DNA of 63,632 nt, counting the filler, from Octopus bimaculoides (lineage: Eukaryota), in the NCBI RefSeq assembly GCF_001194135.2. It is 7 parts of 7 records of this genome, joined end to end, with 100 filler letters (N's around TTAATTAATTAA, not from the genome) between each part and the next. Parts side by side here need not be neighbours in the genome. Positions count along the whole stretch, not along the records: positions 1 to 12,537 come from NC_068992.1; 6 more parts are not named here. One strand, 5' to 3'. Shown piece after piece: positions 1 to 11,762 of the stretch (position 1 is the first letter of the stretch; each line of letters starts with the position of its first letter). The position numbers and the translations under genes were made by a program. The notes under the pieces were generated by a model, which was given only the letters and a program-made list of their open reading frames with translations, did not search any database and was not told the origin of the DNA.

Positions 1-36
1 TGTATGTATGTATGTATGTATGTATGTATGTATATA

Positions 37-80
<44 letters not shown>

Positions 81-504
81 GTTTACTTTTCTGTTATTAG
101 TAGGATCCACAGAATAGTAATCCATTTAGTGAGCGATATATATATAGAGAGAGAGAGAGAAAGAGAGAGAGAAAATGAATAATGAAAGAAAGTGAGGGCA
201 TGAGAGTATCAAAAGTCAGAAAATGGAGAATCTACCATCCAGAACACAACAGGTTTGCAAGTCGAACAGACAGTGAAGTTCTCAATCACAGAGAAACTAC
301 TTGATTCCTGAGTGCAATAAAGAAGGTGAAAATTGTCGCAAGAAGTCAATGATCAGCCTGAATTGGAGAAAAGAAGTGGTAGAAAATGATAACTAGTAAC
401 ACAAGAAAAAATGGAGGACAACTTGAAGCAGAAATATGAAAATACTACTGAAAAGAAGTAGATGTAAACCTTGCAACTTTTGACAGGTACTACATTAGTA
501 TACA

Positions 505-571
505 TACTGTATATAGTAATATAGATATAAGTATATACATATCTGTATGTATATACATATATCTATGTTAG

Positions 572-617
<46 letters not shown>

Positions 618-631
618 TACACACATGTATG

Positions 632-680
<49 letters not shown>

Positions 681-697
681 TTCTCTCCCTCTCTCTA

Positions 698-738
<41 letters not shown>

Positions 739-824
739 TTCTCTCTCTCTCCCTCTCTCTCTCTATATATACACACACACACACATATACAGACACACAT
801 ATGTATGTATGTATTATGTATGTA

Positions 825-861
<37 letters not shown>

Positions 862-935
862 GCATGTGTATGTAAACATATATATATGCATATATGCGTG
901 TGTGTGTGTGTGTGTGTGTGTACATGTATATATAT
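505..935. repeat. Compound microsatellite (TA/CA/CT/TG)
   Basis: Uninterrupted dinucleotide tracts; these generate the YIYI/THTH/ERER ORFs. Confidence 0.95.
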
Positions 936-1269
936 GAAAGAAAAAGACAATTAGGGAAATGAAATGTGTTTAACCAACATTTCTCCCATTTGTTTCTTCC
1001 CTCACTTCAAATCTAATACAAATCATATTTGTGTCCGATTGCTGGAAACCAAAACTGTATTCTTGAATTGATGTAAATTTTCAAAAGATGTTTGATTTTA
1101 TTACATTTTTTTAGCTTTATTTTCATTTATTTGTTTATTTATTTTTTGTATTTTTTGCCATATTACGCCTTACTGAATTAATTTCCTATTGAAATGTTTG
1201 TTTTTTCGCCATAAGTACTGAACAAAGAAAGAAAAAAAAAGAACAAGCAAAACTAAAAAAAAAAGGAAG

Positions 1270-1610
1270 ATAAAAAAGAAACAACAACAACAACAACCAC
1301 AACAACAGTTGCAACCACCAGCACCACCACGACCTCCACCAGCACATCATCATCATCTTCAACTGCAACAAGAACATCAGCAGCTGCAGCAGCAAGAAGA
1401 ATGCAGCTACAACAGCATCAACAGCGATGACAACATTCACAACCCCTACCACTGCCCCTACCCACCACTAAAACAACAACAGCAGCAACAACAAGAATGG
1501 CATCATTATCATCGTCATCGCCATCAAAACAACAGCAACACCAACAACAGAAGCAGCAGCAGCAACTACACATCATAACAACAACAACAACAACAACAAC
1601 AACAACTATA
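1270..1610. repeat. Degenerate CAA/CAG/CAT trinucleotide low-complexity tract
   Basis: Mixed caa/cag/cat triplets giving poly-Q/H/T ORFs in several frames; no splice context established. Confidence 0.8.
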
Positions 1611-2146
1611 ACGTTACCATTTCCATTGTCACAAGGCCAGAAAGTTTCTTGGGAATGGAAGAATAATCAATTGAATTGACTGAAATACATTAATGGAACT
1701 TATTCTCTATTTTGTATTTCTGTTGCTTTTTATCTTAACAAGGCTTTGTTTGAGGAGGAGGAGGAAAGGAAGTTATTATGGCCTTTTCTTGGGGTCAGGA
1801 AAGGAAGAAGTTATTCTTAGACTGCTGATCTGACCTTAATTCTAGTAGCAGAAAGAACTTGATTAAAGACAGTTTGGCACCAGCAATTGTGTTAACTTAA
1901 TCCATTTATCATCCATAAACAGAAACGGGGGCGGGGATCCAATGTGCTTCCTCATAGTTTCTGTTTACCAAATTTTACTCGTAAGTCTTTGGTCACCTTG
2001 AGGGAATGAGAGATGGCGTTTGCTTAAGGTTCTTCATGGTAGGTTTGAAATTGAAGCCATGTAGTTGTGAAGTGGAATCCTTATCTACACATACAGCGAT
2101 TGATAAATTTAAAAAGATAAAGGGCAAATAATTAATAATCAGGTGT

Positions 2147-2569
2147 AGGAGTGGCTGTGTGGTAAGTAGCTTGCTTACCAACCACATGGTTCCAGGTTCA
2201 GTCCCACTGCGTGGCACCTTGGGCAAGTGTCTTTCCCTATAGCCTTGGGCTGACCAAAGCCTTGTGAGTGGATTTGGTAGACGAAAACTGAAAGAAGCCC
2301 GTCGTATATATGTATATATATGTATGTATATATATATATATGTATGTGTGTTTGTGTGTCTGTGTTTGTCCCCCCACCATTGCTTGACAACTGATGCTGG
2401 TGTGTTTATGTCCCCGTAACTTAGCGGTTTAGCAAAAAGAGACCGATAGAATAAGTACTAGGCTTACAAAGAATAAGTCCTGGGGTCAATTTGCTCGACT
2501 AAAGGCGGTGCTCCAGCATGGCCGCAGTCAAAATGACTGAAACAAGTAAAAGAGTAAAAGAGTAAAAGA
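2147..2569 (+). mobile_element. tRNA-derived SINE family A, near full length
   Basis: Head AGGAGTGGCTGTGTGGTAAG...GGTTCAGTCCC (A/B-box-like), internal TA/TG microsatellite, tail ...GACTGAAACAAGTAAAAGAG; about 20 copies in the window. Confidence 0.9.
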
Positions 2570-2905
2570 ATGATTTCAAATCTTGGCACACAGCCAGCAA
2601 GTTTGGTAGAAGGACTAAGTTGATTACATCAACCCCAGTATGCAACTGGTACTTATGTTATTGACCCTGAAAGGATAAAAGGCAAAATCAACCCCACTGG
2701 AATTTGAAGTCAGAATGTAAAGACAAATGAAATGCTGCTTATTGACTTCAAATTTTGACACATGGCCTGCACTTTGGGGGGAAGGTCTAAGTTGATTACA
2801 TTGACCTCAATATTCAACTGGTTCTTATTTTATCGACCCTGAAATAATGAAAGGTTGTTGACCTCAGAGGAATATGAACTCAGAAAATAAAGATGGGTGA
2901 AGTAC
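2570..2905 (-). mobile_element. Two tandem SINE family B copies
   Basis: Each has GGAATTTGAACTCAG-like (reverse B-box) and GTTGATTACATCAACCCC-like body shared with 50929-51145. Confidence 0.75.
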
Positions 2906-3059
2906 CAAAAGTCATCATATTTGTTCGTTGGAATAATAAGGACCATCTAGTGATCCTGGATGAAGGATGACTGATGACTTGTGCAGTGACTTTGTTGAAG
3001 AAAAGTTGTGTACCATCAATCTCACTCTGTTGTTCATGAACATCTTCACTCTAGTGGTA

Positions 3060-3440
3060 AGACCAAGTCAAGATGATTGAGGATGGAGACAGATGCCGTG
3101 AATGACCAAAATGTCTTACATGCTTCATCTTGTTTTCTGTACTCTACAATGCATTGCTGCAGCTACCTTCCCCTCTATTGACCCATGAAAGTTTCTTCAA
3201 CAGAATCCGCTAAATCCACTCTTCACATTCATTGGTAGACAAGTCCTAAATCACTTAGAGTTACATATCTGTTGGCTACCCACATCTAGTTTAGCCTATC
3301 GTTCAGAGCGGTTTGCTGGAATGTGGCCGCCATCGCTTATACACAACTACTTGGAGCCACAGATGAGTGTAGGATGCCAGGTGGAGGCCAACGTGAATAA
3401 ACCACTCTCAAGAATGTGATGTGTCCCTCGTCAAAGCTGC
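3060..3440 (-). mobile_element. Probable RTE-clade LINE 5' UTR remnant
   Basis: Minus strand GGCCTCCACCTGGCATCC...CACTCATCTGTGGCTCC...GGGTAGCC resembles RTE 5' UTRs as I recall them; no alignment run. Confidence 0.4.
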
Positions 3441-4062
3441 AATTCCTCCCTAACACCTCATACATCCTACAGTGGTTACAATCCTTAACTCATTCTAACT
3501 CTACCAATGCTGACTCACTCATGTCTCTTCCCTCTAATCACACTTATTGTTTCCATATCCATCTTAGGGTTTCACACCAACCACTTTGCCCAGTATTTAC
3601 TCAGTATACTATCTCAGTGGAATCCCTCTACCTTCTCATATTTTTGCTGTACCAAGTAAATTAACTGTGTTCAAGAAGAACATTAACTGTATTGTTCTCA
3701 ACATTGTTGGAGGACCTGCAAAGGCAGTGACTGCAATCTTAACCTCAAGACCAAAACACATATCTACTCAAAGACCAATGCAACATAGAGATCATTGCAT
3801 ATGTGGTGGAGGTGATATCAAACACCTCAGTGAGCAAGCAGATGTGCAGAAATATGTAGGTGTGACAGATGGGTCTTCCTTTAATATCCAGCAGAGTTGA
3901 ATTGTCACAACTCTAGATAGGCATATATGGAAGTTAAAAAAAACATCATGGATTACAGCATTAAGTAGAAAAAACTGGAGAAGTGAAAGCTTTACATCAG
4001 GCTATGCATGGCAGAGAAAAGAACTATACTGTTATAAACGGAAAAAATTATATTCAGATAAT

Positions 4063-5080
4063 TTTTCATTCATATGACACGAATTAGAACACTGCTCTCT
4101 GGTTTTGCAAGCGAAGACGAAAAGAATAATTCTTTGTGGTCACGTGACTGTTTAAAGCGTAAGCGGTATGATTTCGTGGGTGAAGTATAAAGACTACTAT
4201 TGCCCACGTGGCGAGTTATTTCGTGCTGGAAGACGCAACGCAAAAGGATTTCTCCAATGGTTGTTGTTGTTTCTGGGGGNNNNNNNNNNNNNNNNNNNNN
4301 NNNNNNNGGGGGGGGGGGGTCATGCTGAAAGATGCTGCTGTTGTTGAATATCGCTGAAAGTGTTGCTGATTGGTTTTTATGTGAACATTTTGTTTTGTTT
4401 GCGGGCCGAAATTTGCGGATCTATTCATAGAGGTATACGTAGATGCATTGCCTCCTGAAGTGGAGTACAACATCTCGGAGTACATGGTTTGATTGATTTT
4501 TGAAAAGTGTTTGACTTTGGAACATTGTAAGTAATTAATGATTCACTGCGACTGTTAGGGTGTGGAGCTCGAGTAGTCATCATTTCATCCTTTCATTCTT
4601 TCATATTTTCATTTTTTATTCGATTTTATTTTTTCCCTCTTCTATGTTTTGTATGTCTTTGTGCTGTTCCATCTATGTTTTGACCCAAGTGGTTAATTGA
4701 AATTAAAGTTCGTGCTGGAAGACGATGTGTGATGGGTGACGTGATGAAAGTCGACGGGAGGGTTTTTTTTATGTAGTAGCTGGTGCCATGTGGTCAATGT
4801 GTGAGATGGTGCCGGGCAAAACTCGTGTGGAACAGTTGACACAGTATTTGGTGTCAAGTGTGAAGTTGGTTTCGGCGGTTAATGTGAACGGTGGAAGGTT
4901 CTGAACTGGCTGCGAAAATAGCGAACTTGGAAACGTAAAGAAGGCAGAACGGTACCGTGAATTCGGGAAGTAACAAGAGTCGGAAAAATAAAAAGAGATA
5001 AAAAAGATAGAAAATAAATCGTTAGACTGGTGAATAAAAGAAGAGCACATTTCAGAAGCAAATGAAAGAACTCACTAAAA
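4063..5080 (+). mobile_element. Probable 5' end of a CR1/L2-type LINE (CpG-rich UTR plus decayed PHD-finger ORF1)
   Basis: The frame from 4711 reads CVMGD...LVPCGQCVRWCRAKLVWNS*HSIWCQV*S (PHD-like C/W spacing) then ELAAKIANLET (coiled-coil-like); in-frame stops. A host promoter/first exon is the alternative. Confidence 0.4.
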
Positions 5081-5311
5081 ACTCTCTAAAGAACTGTTTA
5101 ATTATTCCATAAATGTTATTAGCCTCTTAATTAAAGTTCTTGTATTTTAGTTGTACTCAACAGTTTTGCTTGTTATTTTCAACTCTCCTGACTTCTTTGA
5201 CTACTGCTTCTTCCACTCTAATCAAGTTGGTTTGCTGAGCTGTCGGACACAGACTGTTGTGATGTAGATGGTTTCGGGAGGACGCGTACGGTGTAACACT
5301 ACTAAAAAGTT

Positions 5312-5513
5312 TTCGGCACTACTTAAATACAGAGGTCCCCATGCATAACGATATGTTTCTACAATGTTTTCTACGTAACGATATGTTTTTACAGGGCATA
5401 CTTGTTATAGATTTAGAGTTAGGGTTGGTTTTAGGGTTAGTTAGAGTTAGGGTTAGTGTTAGGTTTAGGGTTACGTAGGTGCATCGGGATCTCTGTATTT
5501 AAGTAGTACCGAA
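5312..5513. mobile_element. MITE with about 34-bp TIRs and internal TTAGGG-like repeats
   Basis: CGGCACTACTTAAATACAGAGGTCCCCATGCA (5314-5345) vs inverted TGCATCGGGATCTCTGTATTTAAGTAGTACCG (5480-5511). Confidence 0.85.
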
Positions 5514-5990
5514 TTCTCTTCATCAGGGCACTCACCTAAACTGCAGATGCGAAATTTTCTGATCCTGCCCACATCAAAGGACATAAGTGTTTGGATATTG
5601 GTGGACTGCACCATAATTATAAGCTTTAGGGCTTCCACCATCAGTACTTCCCAACACCATAGGCCGGAGACAGCATAAGGTTCGCCATACCACACATACT
5701 TAAACACGTACATGTTCATACGTGAAGCGAAGACTGAACAGCCACCCATCTCCATTTTCTGTTTCCTTCCCGGCTTACACATTAAGCCCATACAGTCTAC
5801 TCCCAAGCCTCAACCCCACGCTGCAGGCTAACAACCATTACATCATGAGAAAACCACCGACTCATGTGCGATAGGTATAACTCTGTGTAAATTCTCCTCT
5901 GAACTTTTCACATGAGTTTTGAGTTCCGGTTTTTCACATCACCCACAAACCAGATGTGACACATCCGGAAGCTGAGAGACCTTACCATAC

Positions 5991-6069
5991 TTATTACACT
6001 AGCCCTTTTGATGAGTATTGGGGTTGGGTTTCCCCCCTAACTCCAATGTGCGAAACCGGTCGGTGAAAT

Positions 6070-6071
<2 letters not shown>
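5991..6071 (+). ncRNA. Hammerhead-like motif (U3 variant, long stem II)
   Basis: TTGATGA 6008-6014, hairpin 6015-6051, GAAAC-CG-GTC 6052-6061; stem I pairing is offset by a linker. Confidence 0.45.
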
Positions 6072-6112
<41 letters not shown>

Positions 6113-6114
6113 GT

Positions 6115-7693
6115 GTCCTTATAATTTATCATAATGGCGCATTCCTTTGGACGGTTTAAGTTGAATTAGCCCGCAGTTAGAAGTCGTTTCAAGTTGATAA
6201 ACGCAAAATGTATAATTACTAATTTCGTTTGCAGTTTATTATATGGTATTAAGCAACCTAGGTAATGAATACATTTTTGGGAACACAAATTTGGCACTTA
6301 GTAATAAATAAAAGTCCATGAAATGAGATCGCAATTTCAGTAGGCATTAGGAATCCAATATCTTACCTGAAGCGTTTTGTAGCATGTAATTATTTTACTC
6401 GTAATGTCTACCACAACCGCATTGAAGCTTTTTTTTTTAATGAAAGTCATGTATGATAAACAAAAGAAAACATTGATAACAAACACTCAAATAGAATAAT
6501 GGCATGTAAAAAAAAAAAAAAAACATGAATGTCAGAGCACGCTTAAAAGTGAAGAGCGTGCGTGAAGTAAGAAGGATCATTGAAGTTAATGTACTGTTAA
6601 CAGCAATCACGGAAATGAAGCAAAATATCAATGAAATACTTGTAGGAAGTCTCATTGCAAACGGCTACAGTTTGGCGTAGATGTGAATATTGCAATGGAG
6701 GAGTAACTACTGTAGGGCTGCTTTGTAGACGACATTATTGGTTTTTCCTTCAGGAACATAGATGAATAAGTTGACTGGGTGGCCAACTCTGGAACAATCG
6801 ACGTCGAACTGTCCATGTGAAAAGCATGACGTTCGAAGGTCCAATCCAACAACTTTCAGCGACTGACTTTCTGCTTTGTTAATTGACATGGCGAAGCTGA
6901 ATTTGAAAGGGAACTGAAATCTCCGCATACGGTGGGGGAAGTCTGTTGGGGTTAGCGGAATTTTCGGAATAAAAACGGTGTTATTTTTGTCGTGTTCCGT
7001 GATAATTTGGGCTTCAATGACGTGGTCCATCATTTGTTTGACCACAAGGCAACTTCCATTGCATAGTGTGGGTACGTTTAGATTGCGTAGGAGGATTACA
7101 GAGCAACTGACTTTTAAGTGAAGTTGATGGTGAGGGAGTCCTGGAGGATGTTGGGAGTTGAGAAATTCTGTTGGAAAGTGTGTAACCTAATCCAGGTCGG
7201 TAACGGTGTCAACTGATCTGTAACAACGTTTTTGAGAAGGTAGTTTGCTGAGTAAGTCGTAGTTAAGAGTGTTGACAGCTGAATTTGTAGGTGCAAGAAC
7301 AGCCCTGTGCTAACGTACAAATATCTGCAGTTTGCAGAGAATGGGCATTGTAAAAACTGCATAACTGTCACAACTTTGTATGAGTAAAAGCAGAGAATAT
7401 GTATAATACGGATTAATTTCTGAAGGCATTAAAAAAATATCAAAAGTTACATGGCTACCTCAAGGAAATGCTAACGTGTAAATATCGGTGGTTTGCAGTG
7501 AATGGGCATTGTAGAAGACGAAGTGAAAGTAGCATAACTAAGTCATCAAGAGTAATGTCTTTTGAAACAACGATCGTTGGTATTTATTTATTTATCTATG
7601 AGAAGGTGTTTTCGTTCCTTCGAGGCGGCATCACACATTAATGTGGAAAGTGTGAAGAGTCTATGGCCATCTCTGGAACATGAGTGATGTATG
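6115..7693 (-). mobile_element. Helitron remnant (non-autonomous)
   Basis: Contains a Pif1-type helicase fragment; degenerate GC hairpin near the 3' end (6137-6154); 5' end runs into an N gap. Confidence 0.85.
6707..7190 (-). pseudogene. Helitron Rep/Hel Pif1 helicase C-terminal fragment
   Basis: FPTEFLNSQHPPGLPHHQLHLK, VILLRNLNVPTLCNGSCLVVK, RRFQFPFKFSFAMSINKAESQSLKVVGLDLRTSCFSHGQFDVDCSRVG match Pif1 motifs (RxQFP...TINKSQGQ, FSHGQLYVAxSRV). Confidence 0.92.
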
Positions 7694-7769
7694 NNNNNNN
7701 NNNNNNNNNNNNNNNNNNNNNNNNNNNNNNNNNNNNNNNNNNNNNNNNNNNNNNNNNNNNNNNNNNTAT

Positions 7770-7802
<33 letters not shown>

Positions 7803-9976
7803 ATCACATCACGCTGATTTCATAAATGGAAATTTTCACCTCCGAATGACCAGTCCTTGTTTTTATATACTGCAGAATATACAGTTTGTTTACATTAAGT
7901 ATGATGCATAGATGGTTATCTATCTATCTGTCTGTCTGCCTGTTTGTCTGTCTGTTGTCTATCTATCTAACTGTCTACCTGTCAGCCTCTCTATTTAACT
8001 ATCTATTAATCAATCAATCAATCAATCTACTTACCTACCTGTATGTATGTATATATGTGAGTGTGTATACACCTGTACGACATTTACCTTTCGTTACCTT
8101 TTCCCTTTCTCATTTGCCTTTGAAATCTATTGTCGTTTCTTTTTTCTTTTTTCCTGACTCTTCTCGCCCTCTTCTAATATTTGTCATCTTACCCCCGTCT
8201 CCCCTTCCCCCTTTCTCCTACTATTCTCAGTTTATATCTTCTCATTTTGATATAATTTTTCCTCTCCAACGAAGGGCTCTTCTTGAAACAGATTTTTTAA
8301 TTATTATTCCTGTTTGAATTATTTCTGTTGCTTATTGCCGATACAGAATCGGATTCTATAATTCTATTATATAGGACAAGTTTGTGTGAGAGTCGTCTGA
8401 CCAAGTGATCGACTCAAGTATACGACAGCTGGGAGACTGTTTTTTGAGACACGTTGCCATTCGACAGCTGCTTCATTGTAATTTTAACTTTTGCAAAATT
8501 AGAACATTTGTTAGTTGTGCAAGATATGTGCAAACCCTGGCTATCGGCTTTGAGGAATACAACAACGTCGTAAATTTCTCATTGGAAGGAAGATTTCAAA
8601 AAGCAGATTTACTGCTCAACAGTTTGTGGTCAACCATTAATCTTGTCAATATCTATGTGTGTGTGTTTCATATATCTGTGATGTCTATGGCACACAACGA
8701 TTTAATTAAAAATGTATTTATTTACTTAATCATTTGAACGTAGGAAGCGGATATGTCCATTCTAAATATTATTACTTTTAACTGCAGAAAACAGTCTTAA
8801 CCAACAGTATGGAAAAAAAATCTCCTTATACTGTGATAAGCAGAAACAACCTCCATGTCACTTTTTACTAATGACAGTTTTTCAAATTTTCTTGATTTGG
8901 CCGATATACTGGCAATAAAGAAAACTTCACTGAAAGCATCCAAAGGGTATGTGGTGGATTAAATCTTTCACCTGAAACTCAGGACTCAAAGAGTTGGGCA
9001 AATAATACCACAAGGCACCTTGTTCGACGCTCTAGTGATTGCATCATTGCATCTTCATATCCGATACTTTATTTTATCGAGCCCGAAAAGATAAAGTTGA
9101 CCATGGCATGATTTGAATTCCAAGTGTATCCGTAATGTGTGTGTGTGTGTGTGTGTGTGCGCGTGCGTGCGTGCGTGTGTACGTGTTCATATAAACCATA
9201 GAAATAAAACGAGTAAGATTATGGAGCAAAGGGAAAATAAACAACAGACAACATATGGAGTCACAGTAGCGTACACTTATAGAAGTGTACAATGAAAAAC
9301 AATACCCAACAGAATAAGAAGAGAATCAAACTTTTTAGGAGATGCCCTTTAGAAAAGGATATAAGAAAGGAAAGAGAAACAAAAACTGCTGAATTTACGC
9401 TGTTTCTTTACATGGCAGATTTGGTGTATAATGGCAGTTGGAAAATGAGATAAAAGATTCAGAAGTGAAGCCAAGATCGGGGTCAGTGTGAAAAAATGGG
9501 AAGAAAAGGAACGCGGAAGAGACAAGAGAATATGTGAAAAAGTGAAGAGAGAAGAAAGAAGAGAAAACAGGCTAGAGGAAGGGTAATAAGAGGGAAAAGA
9601 GAAGGAAACGAATAAGGGAGGAAAAGATCTAACCTGTGGGGAAAAAATGAGTGTGGAAAGCTCACGAAGACGGTATGTATATACGCGAATTTAAATGTGC
9701 TACCATTTCATTTGTGTAGATGTAAAATAGCGTTTGATGTGTGTCAAGGAAGATATGCAACAGTAAATATCGTAATCTAATACAACCTCTAAGAATATAA
9801 ATGTATATATATATATATATATATNNNNNNNNNNNNNNNNNNNNNNNNNNNNNNNNNNNNNNNNNNNNNNNNNNNNNNNNNNNNNNNNNNNNNNNNNNNN
9901 NNNNNNNNNNNNNNNNNNNNNNNNNNNNNNNNNNNNNNNNNNNNNNNNNNNAAAAGAAGTCATGTGTACATGTGTA

Positions 9977-10046
<70 letters not shown>

Positions 10047-10078
10047 CCTACCCACCTGTCTGTCTGTCTATCTGTCTG

Positions 10079-11281
10079 TTAGGTAGGGACAAAAGTTCGT
10101 GCAGTCTTTTAAGTAAAATTGAAAACAATATTTTGTTATTTGGACATCGTTTTATTCGACCACATGTATCCGATTTTGTTCCACTATATTCGCCATCTCT
10201 GATCCTGCTTCATTATCCCATCACGCCAGAACTTGGCACCTTTCTGGGTTATGAAGTGGACTAAGTGGTGTTTACAGTCTTTCAAAGAATTGAAGTTCTT
10301 TCCATTGAGACGACTTTTGGTAATCGGAAGGTGCAACGTCAGGTAAGTGCAGTGGGTGTGGTAGTATATCTCAGCCAAGCTGTGCCAACTTCTGCCGGGT
10401 CTCCAAGGAAACATGAGGTCGAGTGTTGTCCTGAAGAAACACGATACCTCTCGAATTGGGTAAGTCAAGACGTTCTTTTTTTCTATCGATTTCCTCCTTT
10501 ATTCGGTCTAAATGGGAACAATAATTGTTTGAATTCATCGTCTGATTTTCTGGAAAGAGCTCGTAATACATGACACCTTTCCAGCCTTAGCAGATACACA
10601 GCATCACCTTCTTCGGATGCTGACGGGCTTTTGAATCGATTAAAGTTGGTTCATTTCATTTCCTCCTGGACCTTTGTCGCTCCACATTGTTGTAAACAGT
10701 CCATTTTGATCACCAGTGAGCGTTCTTTTAAATTTTCTGTTAAATTATGAAGAACCCAAAAGTCATAGCGATTTACGTATCCAATTGTTTCGTAAATGCC
10801 TTACAACACTCATATGAGATATGTGGAGTATATCAGCAATGTCTTGTGTCATGTGACCGGGATTAATTTTGATTAGCATTTTGATTTGGGCATTGTCAGC
10901 GATCGTAGACCTATTGGAACGTTCACAGTCTTCCAGATCAAAATTTTTGCTCCTGAATCTGGCGAACCGCTTACGAACAGCTGCATCGGCTACAGCATCG
11001 TCACCATAAACTGCACACATCTTCTTTGCTATTTGTACTAAGTTTCCTTTTTCTCGTGAATCAAATGGTGAAAATATTTCGTTTTCTTCCATTTTCATTT
11101 TTAGCGTAAACACAGTAGAAGTGAACAATTCGCTCAGCTATCGTATAGAAAGACATGTTGAAATGTCACCGTTCAGAAAATAGATGTCATATTATGTCGC
11201 GTGAGAAACGAAATCACGTGTTGAAATATTTAAATGCCGCCATTGAAAAAAAACAGTGCGAACAATTGTTCTAATCCAATA
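10079..11281 (-). mobile_element. Decayed mariner transposon, about 1.2 kb
   Basis: Transposase remnants plus weakly matching ends (TTAGGTAGGGACAAAAGTTCG vs inverted TTGGATTAGAACAATTGTTCG). Confidence 0.85.
10140..11100 (-). pseudogene. mariner transposase pseudogene
   Basis: HTH region (VYGDDAV...VRKRFARFRSKNFDLED), FLQDNTRPH (HDNARPH motif), C-terminal FWRDGIMK...RW; frameshifts and stops. Confidence 0.9.
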
Positions 11282-11307
11282 TACGTACATGTATGAATAT
11301 ATATGCA

Positions 11308-11356
<49 letters not shown>

Positions 11357-11413
11357 GTGTACACTTAAAATTCTCTCGCTCTCTTTCTCTGTCTCTATCT
11401 CTGTCTCTATCTC

Positions 11414-11451
<38 letters not shown>

Positions 11452-11652
11452 CATAAACATCTAATTATACTGGAAAGAACATAACCTATATGTTGAGATT
11501 TTTATACAAATTGTTGTTTCCAGTGCATTTAGAATCTAACCGTATACNNNNNNNNNNNNNNNNNNNNNNNNNNNNNNNNNNNNNNNNNNNNNNNNNNNNN
11601 NNNNNNNNNNNNNNNNNNNNNNNNNNNNNNNNNNNNNNNNNTATATATATAC

Positions 11653-11701
<49 letters not shown>

Positions 11702-11714
11702 CATATATATATAC

Positions 11715-11762
<48 letters not shown>

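Noticed and set aside
495-954. Long ORFs rich in YI/TH/ER/CV, and all ORFs containing X runs
   Set aside because: Translations of dinucleotide microsatellites and N gaps.
1309-1578. Poly-Q/H ORF resembling a transcription-factor low-complexity region
   Set aside because: Several frames are open in a CAA/CAG tract; no unique domain or splice support.
3670-4060. WITALSRKNW resembling a THAP domain; ORF 3586-3900
   Set aside because: The C2CH ligands and the CSxHF motif are absent; similarity too weak.
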